Positions 15,159-25,545 of a DNA stretch of 33,284 bases are shown here, piece by piece. The position numbers were made by a program, and so were the translations under genes. This DNA comes from a virus. Its lineage: Duplodnaviria; Caudoviricetes. Position 1 is the first letter of the stretch. Each line of letters begins with the position of its first letter. The DNA lies in IMG/VR virus record IMGVR_UViG_3300025277_000072, positions 1 through 33,284 of that record; one strand, written 5' to 3'. The notes below the pieces were generated by a model. The model ran no database searches. It saw only the letters and a list, made by a program, of their open reading frames with translations, and was not told the origin of the DNA.

Positions 15159-17015
15159 TTGGCGCGTCGAAAAGCCTCTGACATTATAGAGCTCGTAGAG
15201 GGACATTACTCTGCGACGTATCCGCTTCGAGACCGCATGGAGTCTGACCACAGGCTCTACCGATTGGAGCCGTACGACGCCGGAGACGGTTACCGTTCGT
15301 ACACCTCCAACGAGCCGCAGGTCATGGCGGACAAGATAATCTCCTGGCTCACGAGCGCGGAGATGGTTGTGCGCATTCCCTTCAGTGGACACGAGAGAGA
15401 CCAGCGCGATGCGGACAACCAGAAGGAGCGATTCCTGACGGGCGTCATTCGCGCTGCGGACGATAACTGCGCCATGCGTTTGCTGCCGCCGGTTCGTGAC
15501 CAGCTGTGTTGGTACATCGCTCTTCGCGGCTGGTACGCAGGCCGCGCGCTGCTCGTCAAGAACAAGGACGACGAAACCCGTGTGGACATCACGCCGTGGG
15601 ACCCGCTGAACACGTTTTGGTCCGAGGGCCAGGACGGGCTTGATTGGGCGTGCTACCGGTTGAGGAAAACCCCCTCGGAGGTGCGCAGCCAGTACGGCGT
15701 GCGCAACCTCGGGGACGACCACGACCGTGACGAAAGCGTTCTGGTCTACGACTTCTACGACCGTGAGGACAACTACGTCGTCATGGAGGACCGCATTCTC
15801 AAACGCAGGACCCGGCATGGACACGACGGCGTGCCGGTCTTTCTCGGGATGGTCGGCTCGGCGCCCCTGGTGCAATCGGACGAGGTAGGCGCCGATGCGA
15901 TTGCCGACTTCGGGGAGTCCGTCTTCAAGCACAACCGCGACAACTTCGATAACAACAACTTCATGATGTCCACGATGCTGGAGCTAACGGCGCGCTCTCG
16001 GCGCCAGGGACTCAAGGTCACATCGAGGGACGGACAGAAAACCCTTGACGAAGACCCGTACCAGGAAGGCTCGGAAATCTCCCTCGCTCAGGGAGAGGAA
16101 GTTGAGCCTTTAGGCATGTTGGAGATGGCCAAGGAGTCCGGCGCGTTCATGGGCCTAGTGTCCAGCGAGATTCAGCGCGGGGGCCTGCCATACTCAATCT
16201 ACGGGGAGCTTCAGTTCCAACTCTCTGGCTATGCCATCAACACGCTCAGGCACGGCGTCGAGACGGTGCTTGCGCCGAGAATACAGGCGCTGGAGCGAGC
16301 GTACCGTGCCGCGTTCATTATCATTAGCGAACAGTACGCCAGCGGCCGTTTCAAGGCAATGGAGGTCTCCGGCCGGGACCGTGACAGGATGTACTTCTCC
16401 GACGAGATAGGCCCCGACATCGTTAAGAAGGGCGGCGAGCCGGAGGTGTCAATCATCAGCCAGCTGCCGCAGGACGATATGTCCAAGATGACGATGGCGC
16501 AGATAGCCCGGGAGGGCCCGACTCCGCTTCTGCCGGACATCTTCATAAGAGATATTATCCTCGGCCTTCAGGACGCAGACCAGCTGGACGATGTCATCAA
16601 AGAGCAGGTCGCAGAGAAGGCGCTGCCCGAGGCAGGCTTATGGAGCCTGCTGTCGTCCCTGGAGAACAGGGGCCGTGGCGACCTAGCGCAGTTCTACTAT
16701 GGGGAGCTTATGAGGCTGCTCATGGAGAAGACTTCAGCGACCAAGATGGCGATGGCCACGGGATTCCAGGGACCGCCGGGGGGAGGCCCCCCAGGCGCAG
16801 GACCCCCAGGAGGACCCCCGGGAGGACCGCCTCCCCCGGGAGGACCGCCGGGTCTGCCGCCCGAGGTTATGCCGTCAGCGGCGATGGGCGTTCCGCCCAC
16901 ACCGCCGACCGGTCCGCCGACGCAGATGCCCCCAGGCGCTCCCAGGCCCGGGGCGGTTCAGAACGATGAAGAGCGGCTAAGGCGCGTGGGCCTAGTGCCG
17001 CCGAGAGCAGGCTAG
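15159..17015 (+). CDS. Portal (head-to-tail connector) protein
   Basis: 618 aa directly after terL; helical core, LSGYAINTL motif, Pro/Gly-rich C-terminal tail. Confidence 0.85.
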   Translation: MARRKASDIIELVEGHYSATYPLRDRMESDHRLYRLEPYDAGDGYRSYTSNEPQVMADKIISWLTSAEMVVRIPFSGHERDQRDADNQKERFLTGVIRAADDNCAMRLLPPVRDQLCWYIALRGWYAGRALLVKNKDDETRVDITPWDPLNTFWSEGQDGLDWACYRLRKTPSEVRSQYGVRNLGDDHDRDESVLVYDFYDREDNYVVMEDRILKRRTRHGHDGVPVFLGMVGSAPLVQSDEVGADAIADFGESVFKHNRDNFDNNNFMMSTMLELTARSRRQGLKVTSRDGQKTLDEDPYQEGSEISLAQGEEVEPLGMLEMAKESGAFMGLVSSEIQRGGLPYSIYGELQFQLSGYAINTLRHGVETVLAPRIQALERAYRAAFIIISEQYASGRFKAMEVSGRDRDRMYFSDEIGPDIVKKGGEPEVSIISQLPQDDMSKMTMAQIAREGPTPLLPDIFIRDIILGLQDADQLDDVIKEQVAEKALPEAGLWSLLSSLENRGRGDLAQFYYGELMRLLMEKTSATKMAMATGFQGPPGGGPPGAGPPGGPPGGPPPPGGPPGLPPEVMPSAAMGVPPTPPTGPPTQMPPGAPRPGAVQNDEERLRRVGLVPPRAG

Positions 17016-17019
17016 TAGC

Positions 17020-19023
17020 ATGCCGTACTTTGGCAAGACCCCTCTAACCAAGAACGTCAGTCAGTTCGTTCAGAACTTCAACACTAATCTCCAGCAGGAG
17101 ATGGGGCTGATGTACGCGCCTCAGAACACGCAGGTCAACGCGGTGGTTGCCAAGATGCAAGAGGATGCCGCGTACCAACAGCAAAAGCAACAGAGCATAC
17201 AAAAGGCGATGGGTTCCATGATAGCGGCCGATAAAGGGCTGAACCCTGCGGACGCAGCGGCGCTGGCGCAGATGATGGCGCCGAAACCAACCCCGCAACC
17301 AACCCCGCAGCCAGCCCCGTCGATGATGGCTCCGCCAACGCCGATGCCAATGCCGATGACTGGGACAGGCCAAACGGGCGGTGAGGTAGACCCAACGACG
17401 GGCCAGCCCTTTACATTCATGCCTACGCCAATGGGCGTGGAGATTGACCCGTCAACGGGCCAACCCTTCATGCCACCCCCGCCGCCTCCGATGCCGCCTC
17501 CGATGCCGCCTCCGATGCCGCCTCCGCCGATGCTGCCTTCGACAGGCCCGATGGGCGGAGAGTTAGACCCAACGACGGGTTTGCAATTCATGCCACCTCC
17601 GCCACTGCCGCCCGGGGGAGGCCCAATGGGCGGGGAGTTAGACCCAGCAACCGGCCAACCTTTTCTGATGCGAGGAGACCCGGGAACGCTTCCGATAAGA
17701 CCGATGGGCGGTCCTAATATCCAATTTCCAGATGTGACCTCATGGCCTGGAAAGATTTGGGGAGCCGCACAGGATGCCCTTTCGGCATACGTCGATAAAT
17801 CTGGAGCGCCTGCAACTGAGGCAGGGCCTATCTTTGTGCCGCCATCGGAGGCTGAGACTGGAATAACGGAGGGGGGCGGACTCTACCAAGAGGAAATGGA
17901 CGCATTCCAGGAGGAGTTCCGAAACCCCAACCTAAACAGTGTCGACAGGATGAACCTGATTTCACGCATGCTGAAGAAAGAATATGATAAGAACCCTTCG
18001 AACCCCGAGGGGCTAAACATGCTTTCGAGCATTCTCTACAGTTGGCTACGCGACCCCACAGCCGCAGGCGGTCAGCCTGTGCCTTTCGACACAAACATAA
18101 TCACAGACATCCAGCCGTTCCTAACCCGAATTAAGGACTACACCGCTGAGTTGATAGAAATAGGAGCCGAGGTTCCCCCAGCTGAGACTGACTTCATCCC
18201 AAGCGATGAACTTGAGAGCGTTATTGCGAAGGACGAGGCGCAGCAACCTGCCGTCGACGGGCAGAGCTATCTCGATTGGCTCTCGGCAGTCGACTCCGGC
18301 AAGAACCAGATTTACGAATATTTCACGGACACTGACCCCCGGTTCCGGCTCATGTCTCCCTACGCCGAATCGGTCTATGGCAAGGCCGAGGAGCAGATGA
18401 GACACCAGTATAATCTGGAGTCTCTCGACGAGGCCAGCCAATGGTTCGGAAGGTCGGTGGAGACGCCCGAAGCGGCGAACCAGAACTACCTCGACTACCT
18501 AAAGGCCGCGTTCAGCCCCAGTGACAGGACCGCGAATCTCTGGAGTCGAGAGCAGTGGTATGACAAGCTTAATTCGATATACCAAAGAGCGTTCACAGAC
18601 AAGGGCCAAACCATTGTAGGCAACGTATTCGGAGGCGGAGGAGGGAGCGGCTATGGAACGGGCGCGAAGCTCGGTGAGCCACTAGCGCCGGTCACGACGG
18701 CCGGAATCAGCGGCAGTGCGTTCAGGGAGTACGCGAGAGACCCTGCCACGGTGATGGCGTGGATTAAGGCAAAGTCCCTCAAGGGAGCGAACCCTATCGT
18801 CTCCTTCTACGGACCCGCAGCGGTCGAACGCAGCATCAACAAATGGCTTATTGAGAACACCCCGAGCATGGATATCGGCGACCCTACGGACGACCCCGGG
18901 GGGTTGGGAGCGGATTTGGCCGCAGGAAAGGCGGCAATGTCGCTCTTTGATGAGTGGGCCTCAAGAGATTTTCAGTGGTTTAAGAAAAAGGGCCAAACAG
19001 GCCAGGGATACGCAGCCCCATAA
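17020..19023 (+). CDS. Putative internal virion/ejection protein with Pro/Met-rich repeats
   Basis: 667 aa; four GxExDPxTGxxF units; helical C-terminal half; position in the structural operon. Confidence 0.55.
   Translation: MPYFGKTPLTKNVSQFVQNFNTNLQQEMGLMYAPQNTQVNAVVAKMQEDAAYQQQKQQSIQKAMGSMIAADKGLNPADAAALAQMMAPKPTPQPTPQPAPSMMAPPTPMPMPMTGTGQTGGEVDPTTGQPFTFMPTPMGVEIDPSTGQPFMPPPPPPMPPPMPPPMPPPPMLPSTGPMGGELDPTTGLQFMPPPPLPPGGGPMGGELDPATGQPFLMRGDPGTLPIRPMGGPNIQFPDVTSWPGKIWGAAQDALSAYVDKSGAPATEAGPIFVPPSEAETGITEGGGLYQEEMDAFQEEFRNPNLNSVDRMNLISRMLKKEYDKNPSNPEGLNMLSSILYSWLRDPTAAGGQPVPFDTNIITDIQPFLTRIKDYTAELIEIGAEVPPAETDFIPSDELESVIAKDEAQQPAVDGQSYLDWLSAVDSGKNQIYEYFTDTDPRFRLMSPYAESVYGKAEEQMRHQYNLESLDEASQWFGRSVETPEAANQNYLDYLKAAFSPSDRTANLWSREQWYDKLNSIYQRAFTDKGQTIVGNVFGGGGGSGYGTGAKLGEPLAPVTTAGISGSAFREYARDPATVMAWIKAKSLKGANPIVSFYGPAAVERSINKWLIENTPSMDIGDPTDDPGGLGADLAAGKAAMSLFDEWASRDFQWFKKKGQTGQGYAAP
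17482..17532 (+). repeat. 12-bp tandem repeat CCGCCTCCGATG (PPPM) x3 plus one imperfect copy
   Basis: Read directly. Confidence 0.9.
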
Positions 19024-19032
19024 GGAGATGAC

Positions 19033-19803
19033 ATGACAACTTGGGCAGATTATATACGAGGCTTAGAGAGCCAGACTATGGGGGGGCGCCTTGGGTCGTA
19101 CCTCCAGCAGCTTGACGTAGGCCCTCTTGGATACATGAACCCGGCAGTTCGGGCCACGGCTCGGAACTGGTTCGACCCAATGTCCTCACGATACCTCCTG
19201 GCGGCAGCGCCCGGGACTATGGGGGGTTATGGGGGATGGCAAACTGGGGCGGAAACTGCGGGGCAACCCACGGGGTCAACCTTTGCAGAATACCTCGGAG
19301 CGCCGTTAAGGTACGGTCAGCAAGATGGTGGAGAGTTCGGGTACGCGGCAGCGCCCACGGATAGAGATGTGGGAACGGGCGCAGGGTATCTCCAAGCCTT
19401 CCGGCCGTGGACCCGAGAGCAGTGGGGAGAACGCTTGGGCCAGCTGGGCTTATGGGACAAACCGACAGTTGCACAGGAAGCAGCTGGAGGTCGTGGGACG
19501 GCAATAACGGCAGCTGACCTAACCGATGTGCAGAGAGACTACCTTGGCATGCTCACCATGCCCGAGACGCAGTCGATGATAGGCGCCGCAACTATGACGG
19601 GAATGAATCCCATAGCGCAGCGCGCTTATCGGCCCGGGCTGAGTCGCGCGATGTCCGCTTGGCAGATGGCAAACCCCGAGTTGGGCGCTGGCGAACTGCT
19701 CAGGCAGTTTGCGACAGGCACTTTCACGGACCCGTTAAGGACAACTCCGTACATGCCCGGTGTGAATGTGCCTGCTACTACTGGCCCAACGACGTTCCTC
19801 TAG
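19033..19803 (+). CDS. Putative internal virion protein
   Basis: 256 aa, Gly/Ala/Gln-rich, no Cys; AAGGAG RBS. Confidence 0.55.
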   Translation: MTTWADYIRGLESQTMGGRLGSYLQQLDVGPLGYMNPAVRATARNWFDPMSSRYLLAAAPGTMGGYGGWQTGAETAGQPTGSTFAEYLGAPLRYGQQDGGEFGYAAAPTDRDVGTGAGYLQAFRPWTREQWGERLGQLGLWDKPTVAQEAAGGRGTAITAADLTDVQRDYLGMLTMPETQSMIGAATMTGMNPIAQRAYRPGLSRAMSAWQMANPELGAGELLRQFATGTFTDPLRTTPYMPGVNVPATTGPTTFL

Positions 19804-19812
19804 GAGTTCTTC

Positions 19813-20151
19813 ATGGGCACACAGAACAGCTACTACGGGACCGATAATCCGTTCATGGATTACCTAGAACAGCTGCCTGCGCAGGCCGCGTACTATTCCG
19901 GCCCCACCGCGACCTCGTTCATGGAGGGGCCTCTCGGCGCTCAAAGGTACTACCAGAACCAGTTCCAGAACGTCTACAACGAGTACCTCGGCGCTCTCGG
20001 CACGCAGGCAAGAACGGGACAAGGCCCCGTGCGCTGGACGGACTGGCTAGAGCAGCAGCCGTTCACCGAGCGGTACGCGGCGCTCACGCCCGAGATGGCG
20101 GGACGCACCACTCGTAGGTTCAGCCCCGGCACAAGGCAGATTTACTTCTAA
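19813..20151 (+). CDS. Small putative virion protein
   Basis: 112 aa, Tyr/Gln-rich; AGGAG RBS; TAATG coupling to the next gene. Confidence 0.6.
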   Translation: MGTQNSYYGTDNPFMDYLEQLPAQAAYYSGPTATSFMEGPLGAQRYYQNQFQNVYNEYLGALGTQARTGQGPVRWTDWLEQQPFTERYAALTPEMAGRTTRRFSPGTRQIYF

Positions 20152-23100
20152 TGGGAACGGAAGCAGGTCGCCTAGCGCTGGAACGTCTGGACAAGAGCCT
20201 TGACAGGGCGCATGCGCGTCGTGAGGAGTTTAAGACCTTCCGCAAAACGCCGACTTGGGGCGCGATAAAGTACGGCGTGCCGCGCGCTTTCTCTGCGACC
20301 GCTGAGAGCCTTCCTAGCTTTATGGGCGGCGTGATGAGCCGCACTCCAGGGCTGTTGCCCCGCAAGATAGACCTCCCTGGTTGGGTGGCGGGGACGCCTG
20401 TGGGCGTTGGCCTTGGCCCGGGGTATGTGCCGGAGGTAACCATCGGCAAGGACCGCCATGTGCCGCTTATCCCAAAGGCTGGCGAGGCGATGGGATTGCT
20501 GTCGAGAGCGCCCGGGATGGGCGCCTTCGGGGAACCAAAGCCAGAAGCGATGGAAGCGTTCAAGACTTTCGTGACTCCCGGCAGGGAGGGCCTTGGCCTT
20601 GGGGAGACCCTTCGAGATGTTCAACGCGTTCAAGAGGCAAGGCCGATGCTAGAGCAGATTGGCCTTGGCCTGATTGACCCGGTAGGCACGCTCGCCACGG
20701 GCGGTCTCGGCGCGACCAAGGCTATCCCCGCAGCTATGCGTGGCGTCCCTAAACTCGCAGGCCGTATTCCTGGGCTATTTGGACGACTGCGTCCTCCAAT
20801 TCCTCCAACGCCAATCCCTCTTGGAGCTATCCCTACAAGGACTAGCCGTCTCTGGGATGAGGCCACCGCAAGAGCCGCACCTACCCCCACAGAGGCAGTC
20901 ACGCCGGTGACACGTCCGCCCACACCCGCAACCTACCAAGACCCTCAATTCCAGGAAATGGCTGACGCATTTCGACAAAGACAGGCTATGGAGGCCTTTG
21001 CACGTCCCACCGTCGCACCAGGGGCAGAGGTCGCAAGAGCCGCACCCACCCCCACTAGAACCACTCCCCTCTGGCGCGGAGAGGAGCTTCCTCCAATTCC
21101 TCCGGTAAGGACTCGTCTTGGGGGAACGCTTCCAAGGACTAGCCGTCTCTGGGACGAGGGAGCCGGTGTCCCAACGCCGGAGCCACTCGAAACAACTCCC
21201 CAGGCGATGGGTTCCATATGGCGTGCTGGTCCTTTCTGGCGAGGACAACAACCCCCGCGTTGGACTCAGGAAGTTCAGGACATACCATACGCGCAGCAAG
21301 CCGGACCTCTCTGGCGTGAGGGCGCTCGTGCTCCTACGATTCCCACTAGAACCACCCCTCTTTGGCGAGGAGAAGAGCTTCCCCCAATCCCTCCGATGAT
21401 GGCTCGTCTTGGAGGAACACTTCCAAGGACTAGCCGTCTTTGGGACGAAGCCGCTCGTGGTCCGGCAATGGAGCCTCTCGGAACAACACCTACGCAGATT
21501 GGTCGTTTCTGGGAGGAGGGCGTTCCTCCGACTCCTACGATGGAGCCACTTGGAACCACCCCTAGTAGAACTACCCCTCTCTGGCGCGAAGGGGGAGCGA
21601 CCCCGCGCATGACCCCAGAAGAGATGATGGCCGCTGGCTATGAGTACGATATATTTACCGGCGCCCCTCTAGACAGGGCCATTGGCAGGGAGGGCGGACG
21701 TTTGGCGACCAATCGTCTCTGGCGCGGCGAGGAGATTCCTGGAGGGCCGACTGGAGACGTTGAAGGTCTTCCTTATGCGCTAGGCGCCAACCGGCTATGG
21801 GCAGAGGGCTCTCGCAGGGCTAATCAGCTGGACGAGATGGACGCGGTCATTCGCACCCAACGTCAGGAGCCGGATGTTGCCGGTGCGCCTGAAGTCATCG
21901 AAGCGGGTCGTCGTGGGCCTGGAGCTCAGCCGGAGATGGTGCAGCCCATCAGGGAACAGGTTGCCGAGGCCGTCAGGGGATGGCCAGCTGGCATAAGCGG
22001 CGCTGCCGCGCGTCTGGCAGGGCGAGGCCCCGCCGTTGGGGTCGAAGCGTCGGAGCGCACCGCCGAGGTCACGGGTTCGTGGGTCGCGCGTTACGGTAAT
22101 GAAGAGGACATAGACGTAGTCCATAAGCTAACTGACGTGCTCAAAACCGCGGGTAGGGTTCGAGAGGAAGAGATAAAGACGGCGGTGGCCTCGGAGCGCT
22201 CGGAAAGGTTAGCTGCCGGACTATCGGCTGCAAAGGGCCTACGCGGTTCCGAGGCTATGAAGGCTTTTGCCAGTGTGCAGGCTGGGGATGTAATTTCGGC
22301 GCGTAGGACGCTGAATGTGGACGATATATTGGAGGGCGTTGGCGGTCAGCGGGGCGTCAACCGGCTAATGGATATGATGGACGAAGTGGGCGCCATTGGG
22401 GGTGACACTCCCAAGGAACGCCTGCTCCCTTGGCAGCAGTTCAACGCACAAAATGCGCTAAACGACCTACTCAACCAGGGGGCGGTGCCCACGTCAAGCA
22501 ACCTGAACCTGCTGGCTGATGTTTTCGGAGAGGGCGTGGGAGGGGCGCTGGTGCGTCGTAGGCCGGTGAGTTTATGGGAGGGCGGCCCTCTCGGGCGCAT
22601 GCTGACCGAACGCACGGGATACAAGCCCAGCGAACTTCTCCTGGATATTTTGAATATGCCAAGGGCGAATGTATCCTCGGTTGACCTATCTTTTTTGCTA
22701 AGACAGGGTGGCATGCTCTTCCCTTCCCAGCTAAAAGAGGTTCGCGCTTCCACGGACCTTGCGTTGCGCGCTATGGCGCCAGGGGGCGAGCAGGTTGCGC
22801 TCGGTGTTATGACGGACATGCGCAACGTCGAGAACGGCCAACTTTGGATGAGGTACGTCGATGGTGGCGGACTGTTTATGCACGATGTGGCCGGTGGCGT
22901 GGGAGGAAGGGCAATTGGCAGCAGGGAGGAAGCGTTCATATCGACCCTCGCCGGGAAGGTCTTCCCGTGGGTGAGGCCCTCTGAGCGCGCGTACGGCACG
23001 TTCCTGAACAAGATGCGCTGGGACGTGATGGACGAGATGATTAAGAAGTATGAGACCGCCCGTGGTGGACGCATAATCGACCCTAAGAATAGTTCAGACC

Positions 23101-24737
23101 TTCAGATGTTGAAGGATACCGCGCGTTACATCAACACGGTCACAGGAAGAGGTCCGCTGGGCACCAATGCTGGTTGGATGAGAGGCGCTGCCACTCTGAT
23201 GAATGCGCTCATGTTCTCCCCGAGGCTGTTCACCTCTAGGTTTGCTGCCCCTGTTCAGGCTATGAAGATGGTGGTGGCTCCTGGGGATAGGGCCAATATA
23301 CAACCCGGGATTAGGGCTTTATTCAAAAGGGCGGTTGAGGGCGATGAAGAGGCCCTAGCCGCGTACAAGACGATGAGTTGGACTGTGGCCAGACAGATGA
23401 TTACATGGTTTGGGACGGGCGTAGGCATACTGACTGCGGCAAAGATGGCCCAGGAGGGGGGCCTGCCGGTCAGTGTTGGCGCCAACTGGCGCTCGTCTGA
23501 CTTCGGCAAGGTGCAGGTCGGGTCGGTTAGGTACGACATCTGGTCTGGGTATTCTCAGATAGCCCGTGCGATAGGTCAGTTGAAAGAAAAGGAATCTAAG
23601 TCTGCGTCAACTGGAACTGTGTATGAGCAGTCAGTTGGGGAAACCCTAAAGCGTTTTGTTCGAACCAAGTTCAACCCGGCGGTAAGTATCTTCCAAGAGT
23701 ACAACCTCATCCCCGGCACACGAGTGGGCGAGGGTGGGTTTATGCACGGCCAAGGCTTCCTCGGAGAGGATAGGGACCTGCTGGAGGACATGAAGACCTC
23801 TCCCATTCGTTTAGAGCGCGGTGTGCCGCTGCTGGATGAGGAGAGCTTCTGGACCAATGTTATGGGACCGCTGTTCCTGCGAGACCTATCCGATGCGATA
23901 GACGATGAGATTTCGCCCCTGGTGCCGCGTGAGGCGGTCACGCAGGTGAACATCGGCAAAGAGCCGCCTTCGCTGGTATGGGGTGTGGTGCGCGGTGTGC
24001 TGCGGGGCGCTCCCAGCGCTGTCGGCATTGGCGTCACCGCCTTCCGCACAAGGGATGACATGGCTCGTGAGGTGAGCAAGGATGAGCCGCGAGGCCCTCG
24101 TGAGTACAACTTGCTTCCAGAGCATCAAAAGCAGATGGTGGACGACCTCATCAAATTGAAGGATTTAGAGAGAGGGCGCAAGCGCACCCGGGGCATGATG
24201 GCCGAGCTTGAGGGCAATAGACAGCAGGAACAGAATGCCTACCGTAGGCTTGCCCAAAAGGTCTCGACTACGAGGGTGAGCGTGTCTGACGTGCGAGAGG
24301 ACTTCTATAACATCCAGCAGGAGGTGGACGCTAGGCGTCAGGATATATTCGAGAAGCACATTGGCGGTGTCACGGAGAGGGGGAAAGAGTTGCGTCGTGA
24401 GGGGATGGGACCGCTGGAGAGGCGCATTCAGGCTTTCTACGATATGTTGGACCAAGCCCAGATAAAGAAGGGCACTGAACTGTTGCCTGCTAAGCTCTTG
24501 CCCAAGGAATACATTCAGGTACTGGATGCGTGGGAGAGCGAGATGGTCGCCTCGGACGAGCCGGACGACCGCGCGGCGGTGCTGTGGAAGCGCATGAACA
24601 TGTACCGAGAGGACATACCCGAGGAGATTCTAAAGTACCTTTCGGTTGGCGTGCGTCAGCGCTACGAGGCGGCACGCAAGATGCGTGAGTGGTATGATGC
24701 AGGCGAGTTGCGGGAAGAACTATACCAACAGCGTTAA
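20151..24737 (+). CDS. Large internal virion / DNA-ejection protein
   Basis: 1528 aa; repetitive Pro/Thr/Trp N-terminus; C-terminal LRQG, SERAY, INTVTGRG, FSPRL, SSDFGKV..G..RYDIWSG motifs like those of large podoviral core proteins. Confidence 0.7.
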   Translation: MGTEAGRLALERLDKSLDRAHARREEFKTFRKTPTWGAIKYGVPRAFSATAESLPSFMGGVMSRTPGLLPRKIDLPGWVAGTPVGVGLGPGYVPEVTIGKDRHVPLIPKAGEAMGLLSRAPGMGAFGEPKPEAMEAFKTFVTPGREGLGLGETLRDVQRVQEARPMLEQIGLGLIDPVGTLATGGLGATKAIPAAMRGVPKLAGRIPGLFGRLRPPIPPTPIPLGAIPTRTSRLWDEATARAAPTPTEAVTPVTRPPTPATYQDPQFQEMADAFRQRQAMEAFARPTVAPGAEVARAAPTPTRTTPLWRGEELPPIPPVRTRLGGTLPRTSRLWDEGAGVPTPEPLETTPQAMGSIWRAGPFWRGQQPPRWTQEVQDIPYAQQAGPLWREGARAPTIPTRTTPLWRGEELPPIPPMMARLGGTLPRTSRLWDEAARGPAMEPLGTTPTQIGRFWEEGVPPTPTMEPLGTTPSRTTPLWREGGATPRMTPEEMMAAGYEYDIFTGAPLDRAIGREGGRLATNRLWRGEEIPGGPTGDVEGLPYALGANRLWAEGSRRANQLDEMDAVIRTQRQEPDVAGAPEVIEAGRRGPGAQPEMVQPIREQVAEAVRGWPAGISGAAARLAGRGPAVGVEASERTAEVTGSWVARYGNEEDIDVVHKLTDVLKTAGRVREEEIKTAVASERSERLAAGLSAAKGLRGSEAMKAFASVQAGDVISARRTLNVDDILEGVGGQRGVNRLMDMMDEVGAIGGDTPKERLLPWQQFNAQNALNDLLNQGAVPTSSNLNLLADVFGEGVGGALVRRRPVSLWEGGPLGRMLTERTGYKPSELLLDILNMPRANVSSVDLSFLLRQGGMLFPSQLKEVRASTDLALRAMAPGGEQVALGVMTDMRNVENGQLWMRYVDGGGLFMHDVAGGVGGRAIGSREEAFISTLAGKVFPWVRPSERAYGTFLNKMRWDVMDEMIKKYETARGGRIIDPKNSSDLQMLKDTARYINTVTGRGPLGTNAGWMRGAATLMNALMFSPRLFTSRFAAPVQAMKMVVAPGDRANIQPGIRALFKRAVEGDEEALAAYKTMSWTVARQMITWFGTGVGILTAAKMAQEGGLPVSVGANWRSSDFGKVQVGSVRYDIWSGYSQIARAIGQLKEKESKSASTGTVYEQSVGETLKRFVRTKFNPAVSIFQEYNLIPGTRVGEGGFMHGQGFLGEDRDLLEDMKTSPIRLERGVPLLDEESFWTNVMGPLFLRDLSDAIDDEISPLVPREAVTQVNIGKEPPSLVWGVVRGVLRGAPSAVGIGVTAFRTRDDMAREVSKDEPRGPREYNLLPEHQKQMVDDLIKLKDLERGRKRTRGMMAELEGNRQQEQNAYRRLAQKVSTTRVSVSDVREDFYNIQQEVDARRQDIFEKHIGGVTERGKELRREGMGPLERRIQAFYDMLDQAQIKKGTELLPAKLLPKEYIQVLDAWESEMVASDEPDDRAAVLWKRMNMYREDIPEEILKYLSVGVRQRYEAARKMREWYDAGELREELYQQR

Positions 24738-24772
24738 GTTTTATGTATACTCAAGGAAATTGGAGATAGCAC

Positions 24773-25525
24773 ATGGTTACCGAACAGGTTGAGGCGCCCG
24801 AACCACAAGACACAGCGGCTTATGACTTAACGCCGGAGGGGCAGGACGTGCCTGACACGGGGCCGGAGGGGCCGTCTGCGGTTGAGACATCGTCTGCGCC
24901 GGAGCCGACACAACAACAAGCTCCACAGGACATTCCTGCGCAACAGCCTCCTGCTGGGGAAACCCCGCCAGAAGAGACTTCACCGCAGTCGTTTACCGAG
25001 CTTCGGGACCAAGTCAGAGGCCAACAGGAACAGTTGCAGTATTACGCTCAGCTGGAGCAGCGCGCGCAGATGCAGCAGATGGCCGACCAGTATGCTCAGC
25101 AGCTGCAACAACAGGGCTATCTCCCTGAGCAGGCTCAGCAGGCTGCGCAGTCTCGAATGGCGCAGGCAGCGCAGTACCAGCAAATCGGCGAACAGGCCGA
25201 CCAGTATCGTCTTTTTCGAGAGGGACAGCGCAATGCGGCAGTGCATTTCGTCAAGCAATTTGGTCTCGGTGTGGACGAAGTGTCTATGCTGGAGAAGTAC
25301 AACACACCGGCCGAGATGGAGTTTGAAGCCAAACGGTTGTCCGAGACCCGGGAGCTACGAGCCGAGAACGCGAGGCTCAAACAGCAGGAGGTCCCTGCGC
25401 AATCGTTCGACAATAACCAACCTTCCCCGTCGGCTACGGGGTCCGAGAACGACCTATTGGATAAGTACATAGGGGGCGACCGGTCACCGAACGTGGTGGC
25501 GGCAGCTGCAAGATTGTTGGGCTAA
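24773..25525 (+). CDS. Capsid scaffolding protein
   Basis: Acidic Pro-rich N-terminus, Gln-rich coiled coil, directly upstream of the capsid gene. Confidence 0.75.
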   Translation: MVTEQVEAPEPQDTAAYDLTPEGQDVPDTGPEGPSAVETSSAPEPTQQQAPQDIPAQQPPAGETPPEETSPQSFTELRDQVRGQQEQLQYYAQLEQRAQMQQMADQYAQQLQQQGYLPEQAQQAAQSRMAQAAQYQQIGEQADQYRLFREGQRNAAVHFVKQFGLGVDEVSMLEKYNTPAEMEFEAKRLSETRELRAENARLKQQEVPAQSFDNNQPSPSATGSENDLLDKYIGGDRSPNVVAAAARLLG

Positions 25526-25545
25526 CACCCTAGAAAGGAAGACCA

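Noticed and set aside
16765-16865. Collagen-like domain in the portal tail
   Set aside because: The Gly-X-Y register is broken repeatedly; better described as a disordered Pro/Gly tract
21051-21448. DGR template/variable repeat pair
   Set aside because: Differences are mostly synonymous and not adenine-specific, both copies are in-frame in one ORF, and no reverse transcriptase is present
24723-24751. Internal promoter before the scaffold gene
   Set aside because: TATACT is present at 24746 but there is no credible -35 or extended -10; too weak to call
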